Below, in pieces: positions 36,121 to 48,800 of a stretch of 64,000 nucleotides of DNA. Under the pieces are notes generated by a model. That model was not told the origin of the DNA. It saw only the letters and a program-made list of their open reading frames with translations, and did no database searches. The stretch comes from Eledone cirrhosa (lineage: Eukaryota). A program made the translations under genes and the position numbers. Each line of letters starts with the position of its first letter. Within the stretch, counting starts at the first letter, position 1. Location of the stretch: NCBI GenBank assembly GCA_964016885.1, contig OZ024741.1, forward strand, positions 144,894,001-144,958,000. The letters run 5' to 3'.

Positions 36121-38660
36121 AATCCATCCCACCTCATGTCCACCACCTTCCGTTATACATGACTGACGCTATATGCTGGCCACTTCCTTTTGCATATAGC
36201 ACCTTAAACCCAGGTCTGCTCTGAACAGTCATGAGGTGGACGGAGGTTCTGTGAGCCGCAATGTAGGAAACTCGCCTAGGAGAGCTACCACTCCGAATAA
36301 ATTGGTGCAGGGTGGAGAAGTCCCCTAAGTCCAGTAAGGCGATTTCCCTAGTGCTGGTGGCACGAATAAAAGCACCCGGTCCATGCTGTAAAATGGAGGA
36401 AATGGAAGTAGCATTCAACCATTAAAAACATGCCAAGGTATGGGGTGGAGAGGGCCCCTGAGTCCAGTAAGACGACCTCTCTAGTGCTGGTAGCACAAAT
36501 AAAAGCACCCAGTCCATGCTGTAAAGTGGTAATGGTGATAGGAAGGGCATCCAACCAGTATATTAATGAGAAAAAATTATGAGCACAACTGACAAGTATT
36601 GCAATAACTGCATAAACAGCAATAACACTAACCATGTTAGGTTTGTGCACAGTAGTGGGGTGGCTTATGTGGCCATGTGCGAGAACCCCCAGACTGTCAT
36701 CAAGCAATCACACAACAACAGTAATAATAATGATGTTAATGATTCTAAATATTTTTCTTAGCAGAAAAAGAAAAATCAACGAAAGATGTCACATCTCAGG
36801 GTTGCCACACTGAAAGGTAGAGCTGGTGAGATAGTGGAGATGCTAGAGAGAAGACATGTAGATGTGTGCTGCATGCAAGAGGTGAGATGGAGAGGTGCCT
36901 CAACAAGACTAATTACAAGCAAACAGCTTAGCTATAAGCTTCTCTGTGTAGGAAATTATGATGGGTTAGGTGGGGTAGGCATTTTACTGGTCGAGAAGTG
37001 GATCAACAAGCCAATAGAGGTAGTTAGAGTCTGCAATAGAATAATTAAGATTAGATTAGTCGTAGGCAATAGACTGCTGACAATTATCTCTACCTATGCT
37101 CCTCAAGCAAGCCTAGGTAAAGAAGAGGACTGCTTTTACGAGCAACTTCTAGAGACAACCTTAATGACAGAGGATAGAGACCTAGTTATACTAGCAGGAG
37201 ACTTCAATGGTCATGTCAGACAGCTCCAGGATGGATACACTGGAGTACATGGTGGTCATGGTTATGGCTCAAGAAACTAAGAGGGAGTGAGGCTTCTTGA
37301 ATTTTGTAATGCAAGTGAACTAACCATTTGCAACACTAACTTCAGGAAACCTACCAACCACCTAATAACCTACCAGTCAGGTGAGCACATAAGCCAGATT
37401 GACTTCTTGCTAGTTAGGCAACGAGACAGACAGATGGTTTCGAATACTAAGGCATACCCTGGGGAAGAATGTACCCCCCTACATAGGTTAGTTGTTAGTG
37501 ACATCTCAATAAGCAAGAGACAGAATGAGACACATAGGAAGGTATGAAAAACGAAGGTCTGGAAGCTAAAAGACCTTTCACTTAAATATAAATTTAGGAA
37601 AGCCCTTCAAGATGTGTATGACGAGAAAGAAGACGAATTAGAATTGTATGACATAGAAGATAACTGGAAGTTCTTACATGACAACTTACTGCAAGCAACT
37701 GAAGAGACTTGTGGCTGGAGCAAAGCTCCAACCAGAGAGAGGGTGACTTGGTGGTGGAGTAGAGACTGATACTCAGATCCTAAAAGAGAGGCTAGACGTC
37801 GGGTATAATTAGCCCACAGGGAAGCTGAGAGTAGGAGGTTTGTCAATGTTCTGCAACGAGAGGATCAGAGACGTGAGGTATTCCGCATTGCAAGGCAGTG
37901 TGTCAGTGTAAATCAGGATGTTGTTGGAGATAAGTGTGTCCGAAATGATGCTGGTGCACTTAGTGTCACTGATGCTCAGAAAAAGGAGGCCTGGAAATGT
38001 CATTATGAGAGACTGATGAATGTTGAGAATGAATGGGAGAAAGAGAAACTACCCCTAACAGACCAAACAGAGGGACCAGCTATTGAGATTGATGACTATA
38101 GGATCAAAGAGGCAATTAAGGAAATGAAAAGAGGTAAGGCCGCTGGACCGTCAGAGATAGTTTTTGGGATGCTGAAAGCATCAAGAGAAGTAGGAACTAA
38201 ACTGGTTGCACGCATAGTCAATCAAGCTATATATGGCAGAGTCATACCCAAAGACTGGTGCAGCAGTATTGTTGTAAATAGCTACAAAGGTAAAGAGGAT
38301 GCTCTGGAGAGGAGCAATTATAGGGGCATAACATTAATGGATCAAGTTATGAAAGTGACAGAAAAAGTGCTAGCTCAACTAATTAGAGAAAGAGTCAAAT
38401 TAGATGAGATGCAGTTTGGTTGTGTGCCTGGGAAAAGTATAACAGATGCCCTCTTCTTAGTGAGACAACTACAAGAGAGGTTCTTAGAGAAGAATAAGTC
38501 ACTATATTTAGCTTTTGTTGACCTAGAGAAGGCCTTTCATAGAGTACCCTGAGATGCAGTTTGGTTTTATGCCAGGGAGGAGCACCACATATGCTCTCTT
38601 TTTAGTAAGACAACTACAAGAGAATTTCTTAGCTAAGAGTAAGCCTCTATATCTGTACAT
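36121..38660 (+). mobile_element. Decayed RTE family A copy with long 5' UTR; truncated within RT
   Basis: ORF pieces 36786-37280, 37287-37547, 38016-38552 are homologous to 8120-11188, with stops and deletions; ~135-bp UTR duplication at 36310-36530. Confidence 0.9.
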
Positions 38661-41600
38661 AATGCAAATCTCGGGTACACAAGAGGAGTAGAGGAATAAC
38701 AGATAGACTAACAGTAAAGGAAGACTTTGTATGTAGTAGATGTTCTGGGTTAATTGAGTAAGAGTGCCACTAATATAAACCTTTTCTAATCTCAGGAAGG
38801 ATTCAAAGAAGTGGTTAATGACTTTTGTTACCTTGGTGATTTAATTAACAGTGCAGGAGTGTTCTTCCCATCAATTTTGGATAATCCAGCCAGCTTCAGA
38901 ACTGAGGGGATATTTACCTGAGCTAAGGCCCACATAATGATCAGGTTTAGTGAAGTGACCAGCATTCAGGCGGAAGGACAACCATGAAGGCCGTGGATTC
39001 GAGGGACCGACCACAGCGACATCTCAGACCCAAACAAAAATATTCAACAACAGAAACTTTTATCTACTTTATATATACTCTTGTTTTTCACCTTTTTAAA
39101 TATTTTCTTTATGCTTCTTTTGCCTCCAATTGTCTTTTCCTATTTCTTTTCTCTCTTTTTGTTTCTCTCATTGTTTTGTTTCTTAAATGTAAGGGGTACC
39201 AGATACCTGCCATAGTCTGTCATGGCTTGTTAGCTCTAATCTGACAGTTAGTGGTAGGGAGAAATCTTTTATCACTTTCCATTGTAGTAAAGCTTCAACC
39301 ACCTCCCTGGTGGAACCTGACCATATTGGGAAGGAGAGGTTATCACCCACTAAAGGGAGCAAGCATGGATAGAGGAAAGAAAGCAAGGTAGAGACAAAAA
39401 CGTGCATTTAGGGAGACCCAGATCCATTTGGACAAGGCAGGACTCTCGAGAGTCGGATATTGACCAGCCCCTCGAGTTTACTGAAAATTAAGTTGCCAAA
39501 GCATTGAAGAGATGACGAAAATCTGTAAGAGAGACTAACTCTGAGGAAATACAACTAAGGTATCAACAAGTAATTATTAAGTATAAAAAAAACCTTGGTG
39601 AGGCTCAAATGGCCTCATGGTTTTGTAAAAGTTGCTTGAGGTTGGCCAACTTAGATCGAAAGACTCAATGGTTTGGTCAGTAATTAGGGCTCCAAGGGAG
39701 GAATAGCAATAGAGGAGAAGGACTCTTTAAACAGGTTTACAGTCTGCTGATGTGAAGCTGGGTGGCTGAGGGGCAGAGCTCGCATTTGGAACTGTTGACG
39801 TGAAAACCCCACGACCCAGTTCCTCAATCATAGTCTTCGCGGCTGCAAGGACCTTATCTGGAGGAACCTCCCAAACAAACATCATCCAGCTACGAGACAT
39901 TCAAATCCAGGTCAGCCCCAAACTCAAACAACTATTTTTTTCTGTCTGTAGCGTGAAGTTCTTGTCACCGTTGGCGGCTTACCGAAGTGTCAGGTAATGC
40001 TTGAAAGGGAGGCTTACCGAAGTGTCAGGTAATGCTTGAAAAGGTGCCTGGTTGTTTCAGTGCCTTAGTCTCGTCACCACCCGCAGTAATGCTGCGAGAG
40101 TGTTGCTGCAAAAATGTATCTAATTCGAGGAGAAAAGCAAAATTCTACATAAAAGAAACTCAAAAGGCAACACAAAGGAAACGCAATTTATTTTTATGTT
40201 CGTTACGCGTATATTTTGCTTTTGTCCCTTTTAATTTTATAAAAATTGAATACTAACTCTTGATTAGCTCCAAGTTGCCAGACGATAGGTAAACAAAATG
40301 ATACTTATCTACAGTTTACCAGAGTGAAAGTGGATTCTTATATCTAAGTTATTGCCAACAATATTCAATTTCATATTGATTGAGACTTTAGTCATCAGCG
40401 AAGTGAAAATGAGCAACAAATCGAGATCCAAATCACACCCGGGCCAGATTTTTCGGTAATAAATAAATAAACAAGTTAGCATATTCAAATTTTCTTCTCA
40501 ATTTCTGATTGTATTTACTTCAACAAGAATAAACTGAAACTATAGTCATTAAAAAATGTTTAATATGAAGTATGCAAAAAATTACAAAATAACTTTTCTT
40601 TGTTGTATTAATTTTGTTAAACAACCATGTTTATATTATGATCATATTGAATATTTTATAATTTTACTATTTGAAGTCGGTCGAATTTTACGTGTCTACC
40701 TATTAAGTCAAACACCGTCCTGAATATATCTATGCTATGCAGTTTTAAACTTCGGAAAAGTATTTTAATCCAACATCACACAAATAACAATCATGGCATT
40801 TTACTTCCTACTGATACGAGAGAACCATACAAGTTTTTATTGTTTAACTAAGTAAACAGAGAAATGAGTCTTCAGTTTAATAAAGTGCCGGACGTCGCGA
40901 CTTATTTTATTATGCCTCATTACGTACAAAATATTTTGTGGAGAGACTATTTATATTTACTACATCATTTGTAAAACTATATCTTTTTGTTTCATGCCTT
41001 TTGTAAAACGAAAACATAATTCATTAAATTTAAAATTCATCAACGTTTGTATATTGAAAAACGAGAAAAGAGATTAAATAGCGAACGTAAGGGAAAGGGG
41101 GCGACAAACTTTACACTCCAGTTTAAGCGGTATCCAGATATGTCATAACATTATACGGTAACAAATGTTTATTATTTATTGTGCCATAAATAAATGATGA
41201 AATTATTATTTATTGTGCTATAAATAAATAATGAAATTATTATTTATCGTGTCAATGTGAGAAACCAATTAATCGATGTCGCTGTTACATATCTATATTA
41301 TACTGTGACTATATATATATAAATACTCAATTCAAACAAACACTTATTGCTGGCAATATAGGTGGAAATATATTTTTACTCACTTTCGTCTTGACCATTG
41401 CATTCTAAGCATGATTGAAAAAAATACTATAAAGTTCCCACACGAAAAGTTGGTATATTCCTTTCTCTTTCTCTATTCTTTCTCGAATCTTATCTCTGTT
41501 TATTTCTCTGTACTTTTGTAACTATCATAAAATATATAGATCTAAAATAACACTATTACTGTTGTTATTTACAAACAACAGCATATCGCAGCTGATCTTA

Positions 41601-41769
41601 TATTGTGTAACTCTTCAGTCACATAAACAGAGTACCGCCAAACCCGGATATCTTTTTAACTTAATAAATTGCCCGAGATACCTTTAAAACAAAGTTAAAA
41701 AATAACTACTCGATGTTTGGGAGGATTTTTTGCCCCTTTTTATGCATCTATATAAATATAGTGTATGTG

Positions 41770-42010
41770 TGTGGTAGTCGTTTAGGGTTTTGATTGTAGA
41801 GTCGTAAGTTCGATTCCCGGACTAACCGGCACGTTGTGTCTTTGAGACACTTTATTTTATGTTGTTCCAGTAACTAAGCTAGTAAAATGAGCTGCAACGA
41901 CAATGATGCCAAGCTGTATCGGCCTTTGCAATTCCTTTGGACAATATCGGTGGCCTCGGCTAGGGACTTTCCAGCTGCAAACCGTTCTCCAGTCAAGACC
42001 GAAGGGAGCG
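41770..42010 (+). mobile_element. Old SINE B-like copy
   Basis: GTTCGATTCCCGG B-box, then GACACTTTATTTTATGTTGTTCCAG core. Confidence 0.6.
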
Positions 42011-42294
42011 TATGTGTGTATATATTTAAAGTAATTTCAGGTTGAGTTTTTGGCATCAAGCAAATCCTTTGAGTTCTACTAAAGACGAAGTTTAACACAG
42101 AAATTTTAAATTACAGAATGTTTTTATTTATATATATATATATATATTTTTTGTTTTTCTGTTTTACTTTATGGCTGAGTGGTAAGTAGTTCGCGTAGCA
42201 AACATGTGGTTCTGGGTTCGATCTTACTGCACTCTCTCTCTCTATATATATATAGATATAGATATATACAGAATCAGATGTTTAGATATATATA

Positions 42295-43087
42295 CTAGCC
42301 GAATTACCCGCGCCTTGTCGCGTTTCACATTTTTTTTTTTTTGTAAGAAAATGATTGATTTTAAATCAATGATATAATTTATGAAGAAAAACTCTGCATT
42401 TCAATATTACTCAATATAAAATGCAATGCATGAAAAATTGGAAAACATTATTTTTTGTAATATATCAAATCAAAATTTCATTATTAAATCTTATTCTTAT
42501 TTTGTTTCACGTAAATAATTTTTTTCAAAATATCAATTCAAAACTTTTGTGAATAGGCATCATATCTTGTCATTTACCTATGGTTTAAATTTCATATAAA
42601 TCGATGGGAAACATTTTTCAGCAGGGGTTTGTGCTTCCGGGGAACCCTCACAGGGGGTTTAACCCCATTAGGGTGTCTTAATATTATTGAAATTTTGTGA
42701 ATAGGCATCATATCTTGTCATTTACCTTTGGTTTAAATTTCATATAAATCGAAGGGAAAAACTTTTCAGCGGGGGTTTTTGCCTCCGGGGACCCTCATAG
42801 GGGGTTTAACTCCCATTAGGGTGTCTTAATATTATTGAAATTTGCTGAAGTTTTGTGAATAGGCATCATATCTTGTCATTTACCTATGGTTTAAATTTCA
42901 TATAAATCAAAGGGAAAACATTTTCAGCGGAGGTTTTGTGCCCTTTGATTAAAATGAAATATACTTATCCAAGTACCCTGGGCAATGTAGTTTCAGAATA
43001 TAGTTATGGGGGTCTATCTCCAAAACCATAGGAGGAGTTTGTGAACAAACAAACAAATAGGCAGGAATACAACTTTATATATATATA
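42295..43087 (-). mobile_element. Non-autonomous Helitron with three internal ~150-bp tandem units
   Basis: CTAG end at 42295-42298 with hairpin CGCG..CGCG; units start ~42548, 42696, 42855 and are shared with 2186-2650. Confidence 0.7.
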
Positions 43088-43107
43088 AAATTATATATTA
43101 TATATAT

Positions 43108-43967
43108 CTGTAGAAACAGTAGACAGCTTCTGCTACCGAGGTGACCGAATTAGCAGCGGAGGTGGGTGTTCGGAAAGTAGAATAACTAGGGTAAGAACGG
43201 GATGGAAGAAGTTCAGGGAGCTACTGTCACTGCTAGCTGCAAAAGGCTTTTCCCTCAAAATGAAAGGCAGACTGTATGATGTATGTATACGAACAGCAAT
43301 GTTACATGGTGATGAAACCTGGGCGCTGTCTGTGGAAGACTTGTGCAGATTAGAAAGAAACAAAACTTGCATGCGCCGATGGATGTGTAATAGTAATATA
43401 CACGAACGGCAAAGCATAAACGAATTGAAGGAGAGACTGAGCATAAGAGGAATCAAATGCTGTGTGCAGGAGAGGAGGTTACGTTAGTATGGACATGTGA
43501 TGCGTATGAAGGATGACAGCTGAATAAAAAGGTGCAGAGCACTAGAAGTCGATGGAAGCCGCGGAGTGGGGAGGCCCAAGAAGACCTGGGATGAGGTGAT
43601 AAAAGCCAACCTTACCCAGTTGCACCTCTCAAGGACAATGACACACCACCGTGACCTCTGGCATCACGCAGTAGTACAGAAGACCCTACTTCCCACAGGA
43701 ACAAGCCGAAGCTCAAGCATATAGACAATATGCCCTCACCCCCTCCCACTGCAAAGTGGTTGTGGAGGTGCCACAGCAAAAAAGCACCCAGCACTCACTG
43801 TAAATGAGGTTGGTGTTAAGAAGGGCATCCAGCTGTAGAAATCAAGCTAGAATCAGTTCCTGTACGAGCAAGACAAGGTCAGCCGACTGGACACTGCCCA
43901 CAACAGGAAAACCCGTCTAACCCATGCTAGCGTGGAAGAACAGATGTAAAACGGTGATGATGATGAT
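43108..43967 (+). mobile_element. RTE family B 3' fragment, decayed
   Basis: Homologous to 5385-6300; premature stops; (GAT)n tail. Confidence 0.88.
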
Positions 43968-44074
43968 ATATAATTTAAAGTCCATTTTCTACGATAGCAT
44001 GGGTTAGATGGGTTATTTCATTGAGACAAGCTAGGTCCGATGACCATGACCTGCTCATACCATATTTATATTGT

Positions 44075-44420
44075 GTGCTGGGTGCTTTTTGTCATGACAC
44101 TTACATGACCACTTTACAGTGTGGGCTGGGCACTTTTTGTCATGACACTTACATGACCACTTTACAGTGTGGGCTGGGCACTTTTTGTCATGACACTTAC
44201 ATGACCACTTTACAGTGTGGGCTGGGCACTTTTTGTCATGACACTTACATGACCACTTTACAGTGTGGGCTGGGCACTTTTTGTCATGACACTTACATGA
44301 CCACTTTACAGTGTGGGCTGGGCACTTTTTGTCATGACACTTACATGACCACTTTACAGTGTGGGCTGGGCACTTTTTGTTGTGACACTTACATGACCAC
44401 TTTACAGTGTGGCCTGGGCG
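44075..44420. repeat. 48-bp minisatellite (~7 units) expanded inside an RTE-derived UTR module; shorter arrays at 51880-52110 and 58740-58890
   Basis: Unit TGTCATGACACTTACATGACCACTTTACAGTGTGGGCTGGGCACTTTT. Confidence 0.92.
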
Positions 44421-45807
44421 TTTGTCATAACACTCCTCTCACTCAGTCACTTTCATTCTTTCTCAAAACATGACCCAACCTTCTTACTCCATTTCTCTTT
44501 ACAACATTCCTCACTGGTTCTTTTCCCATCATCCTCTGCATTTCATTGTCTTTCTCTCTCTGTTATATTACACACATTCTCATTTCCATTCTTTCTAGAC
44601 TTCTCTGCTGCTCCACATTCATCACATATCTCACTCTCAAAAATCATGTTACTTTTTAGACAGGCAGCATACACCTTATTTTTCAGTTTCAGCAACACTC
44701 CTCATTAGCATGTTGCTCAGTTCACAGAACTTATTTCATGCTCATCTCACACAAGATACTGTTGTGAAAAGTTTGATTTATCTTCTCCATTCATCATGTC
44801 TCCAAGCTAACAAAACATTTTCACACCTATTCAAAGATCCAGCTCAACATCCTTTCCATCTGTTGCTCCCCACCCCATACAGACTTTACACTTAAATATA
44901 GCTGCCACATTTTTTAATAAACCATTCACTCCATTCCATTTTCAACCCTTTAGCATTTAGATTACTATATTTACTATTATATTTTTGCATTAAAGGCTTT
45001 ACCTCACACAATATTGAATCTATGAGATTTTGATATTATTTATTTTGAGAACAATACCTTAAGTATGAGTGGCCAGTTACAGCCAGTTTGAACAGGAAGA
45101 GGTGAGAGAATTCTGGCCGGATATGGCTGGTTGAAATTTTGTGAATAGGCATATCTTGTCATTTACCTAAAAGGTTAATGAAGTTCCCTCCCACACCATT
45201 CCCACACACTGCACTTTTCTGTTCTTTCTATTTCACCACATGCTTTTACCACTTACCATCACCCTAATATCTTTTGCCTCCATACATTCCTTTTATCTAT
45301 TCATCTTTCTCAGTCCATCCATACTCTCTACTATTAAGAAGAGGTCATTAGCATGCAGCAATTCCCATGGTAAACGCTCCTTTGAAGTTCTCCCTGAAAA
45401 TTACGTTAAGGGTACACATGTCTATGGAATATTCAGCCATTCCATTGAACAAACAACTGGAACACTCATCAAAACCTACAAAGATCTATTCTATTCTGTT
45501 CTTGTAAAAGTTTAAATATATTAGTAATTCTTGAGTCAGTAAAAATATAATTATACAGTTTATATACTTCTGAGAAAGTGACAAAATGAAAGTTAATTTC
45601 CTTCTTTTTTTGGAGTCTTTTTCTGTAATTTTTGTTAACTTTTCCCACACTTTTTCTGGTTACAATACTATCACACTCAATAAGATACACACACACACAC
45701 ATATATATATATACATACACACATATACATGCATACATACACATACATATATACGCACACATAAAGCAGGCACATGGACACACACATAGTCAAAAACAAT
45801 CAGAAGC

Positions 45808-45879
45808 ACAGACACACCTATATAGACAGCCATACCTGTAAATATTTACAGGTATGGCTGTCTATATAGGTATGTCTGT
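45808..45879. repeat. 72-bp near-perfect palindrome
   Basis: ACAGACACACCTATATAGACAGCCATACCTGTAAAT|ATTTACAGGTATGGCTGTCTATATAGGTATGTCTGT, one mismatch, no spacer. Confidence 0.9.
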
Positions 45880-48800
45880 ATTTTAAGTTAGCAATAATGA
45901 TACAATTAGTAAACTGTCTTATGGCGTTTTTCTTTTTTATAAATAAACCCATCTCTTTTGTTTTTAACTGCTTCCTTCCTTACACACACCTTCAATTAGA
46001 AATTATTACAAATTATATTACAATATATCTTTTCTAAAGTACTTCAAAAAAGGATGGCTCCATATTTAGCAATTAGATAAATACTTGGCTTATGTCTTTC
46101 TTGCTAACTTATACCACCCTGTTTCTTTCTAACTATTACTTCAACAAATGTATTGACTCTGAAATACTATGTTCTCAGGTAATTTTGTTAGCATATGTCA
46201 ATAGTTTGTGTGTGTATGAAACAATTTTAGGTAAAAAAAACCAACAAAACAATGATGAACTTAATGTATACATAGTCTAACATATGTACACACATACATC
46301 ATCATCATCATCATCATCATCGTCGTTTAACATCCACTTTCCACGCTAGCAGGTAGACAGCTTGTCCCACTAGATGCAAGATGGATCAGGTGACCATGTC
46401 TTGCTCATATAGAACTGTTTCTAACTACATTTCTACAGTTGGATGCCTTTCCTAATGTCAACCACATACACGGTGTGTGCTGGGTGCATTTTGTTGTGAC
46501 AGCAAGTGTAAGCAGGACTAAGCACTCAACGAAGTATAAATGTAGGTCTGAGTATTGGATATAACAATGAAGTAGAAGCCAGTAGGTTAGAATTTACTTC
46601 ATTTTATTGATTACATAATTTCAACTCAATGTTAAGAGCCGAAACAGATATTACAAAGTGTTTTGTCGAATGCTTTATAACAATCTGCCAATCCACAACC
46701 CTTCTATATTGATTTCTAATTTAAGCACAAGGCAAGCAATTTAAGGGAAGGGAAAGTTGATTATATCAGTACTTAACAGGTACTTTATTTTATCAATCTT
46801 GCTAAGATACATTCCAAATTTGTCATGGGTTCTATGCCATTCCTAATACCAATCATCTTACAGAGTATACCAGGTGCATTTTATCATGGCACCAGCACTA
46901 ACACATTACAGATTGCTTTGGATGCACTTTATCATAGATCCAGCACTATCACTTTTTTAGCTGTTTTACATCCATTTCTCAATGTTTACAAGGAGGGGAT
47001 TGGTATAATTGTTTTTCCAGCAAGACATTCTTTCTATATCTTTTCAATGAGTTCGGGTCATAGGACTGAAAACAACAATCTGTAATGTTCATAACAAATT
47101 TCAATATATTGAAAAATGAGAGTACTGACAGCTTGAAATACTGACAAGCTTTATTTACTTTAAAAAATGTTCTTAAAAACATTTATTTATAGATTTATCT
47201 ATTTATTTATATTATAAATTTTCCCATCCTTCTATCTGTTCATCTGTCTGTCTATCTATCTACCCATCCATCTATATATCTATCCATCTTTCCATCTATC
47301 TACTCATCCATCCACCTATTTATCTATTCCATCTATCTATCCATCCATCTATTTATTCTTTCATCTATCTATCTTTACCAATATCTATCAATTAGCCATA
47401 GAGTGTGTAAGTAATTGATAGCAAGGCTGTTTGAAACCAATGAAAGTAATGAGATTAGACAGAGATAATCCTATTATAGCCAGATTACAAATAGGTTTGC
47501 TGTTGGATTTACTGTCAGATCAATAACCAGCATTGCATATGGAGCTGAAGAAATCAACAGACTGACCGATGCTGTCCAAATCAGTTGGCTTGACCAGTGA
47601 ATACTCTATATTGCTCTCTCTCTCTCTCTCTCTCTCTTGTATAGCTATCTAGGGCTCTCTTCTTTCTCACTGTATATCTTTGTATTTTTGTCAGTCAATG
47701 TCATTGCTTCATCTGTCTATCTATCCATCTATTCTTTGATCAATCCCTCTTGTCTGTCTGACTGTCTGTTGACTTATTTACTTATCTATCTGCCTGTCTA
47801 TCAATATGTCTGTCTCTCTTTCTAGTTCTCTTTCTATTGATCCAACAATTTATGTCAGTCTGTCTCTCTCTCTCTGTCTCTCTCACTTTCAATCTTTTTT
47901 ATGTTCATCCCTCTCATTTTCTATTTCTTACAACCAATACTGTTTCATTTACTTTTTCTTTGTCTTTCTCTGATTAGACACACAGATACTCTCCTTTTCT
48001 CTCTTCCTTTCAACTTTCATTTTCTTTCTACTCTCTCTTCCTTTCAACTTTCATTTTCTTTCTACATATCAAAGCAAACATACAAATATAGACACACACA
48101 TACACACTTTATTCTTATATATATATGAGAGAGTGTGTGTGTGTGCCGTGATAAAAAGCACCCAGTTGACCCTGTAAGGTGGGTGATGTTAGGAAGGACC
48201 TCCAGCTGTAGAAACCCAGCAAAAATACAGATCTGTATGAGTATGACATGGTCTCCACACCTGACTTGTCTCATAATGTCACAACCCATCTAACTCATGG
48301 AAGTTAAACGATGATGATATATATATATAAATCAGAATGGATGCAGTAAGAACCAGTTAGACCATTACCCACCAGAGTACTTGATACTTGGGGTAGTAGA
48401 GTGGGTAATATGAAAAATCCGGGACCGCCATTTCAACAGCTAGATCCAAACTTGTGTTTGGATCTAGCTGTTGAAATGGCTGGAGCTCAGCTGTCGGAGT
48501 CCTAAATTTTTCATATATATATGTATGCGTGTGTGTGTATGCAAAAGGTAAAGATAAATAACAAAGCAAACAACTACAATGAAGAAATATATTAGTTTTA
48601 CATATAAAAGAAAATCAGAAATACAAAACTCTAGAATAACATTCAATCCTTTTTTTTTTTTTACTTTCTTACAAACATTCAAGAACGAAATATTGAAGAT
48701 GTCAAAATTGTGATTTACAAAATATTGTCAATATTTATCAGATTGTATATTTTAACTCTTTTTTTTTTAGCTTCAGTCATTAGTCTGTGGTCATGCTGAG

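Noticed and set aside
39420-39760. Possible additional decayed LINE fragment
   Set aside because: Only vague similarity with many stops; cannot be supported without an alignment
40340-40400. Minus-strand CUGAUGA...GAAA near 40398-40365
   Set aside because: No stem II or stem I pairing; chance match
44075-44420. CRISPR-like appearance of regular repeats (also 51080-51487 and 62328-63255)
   Set aside because: Head-to-tail units without unique spacers, no cas genes, eukaryotic context
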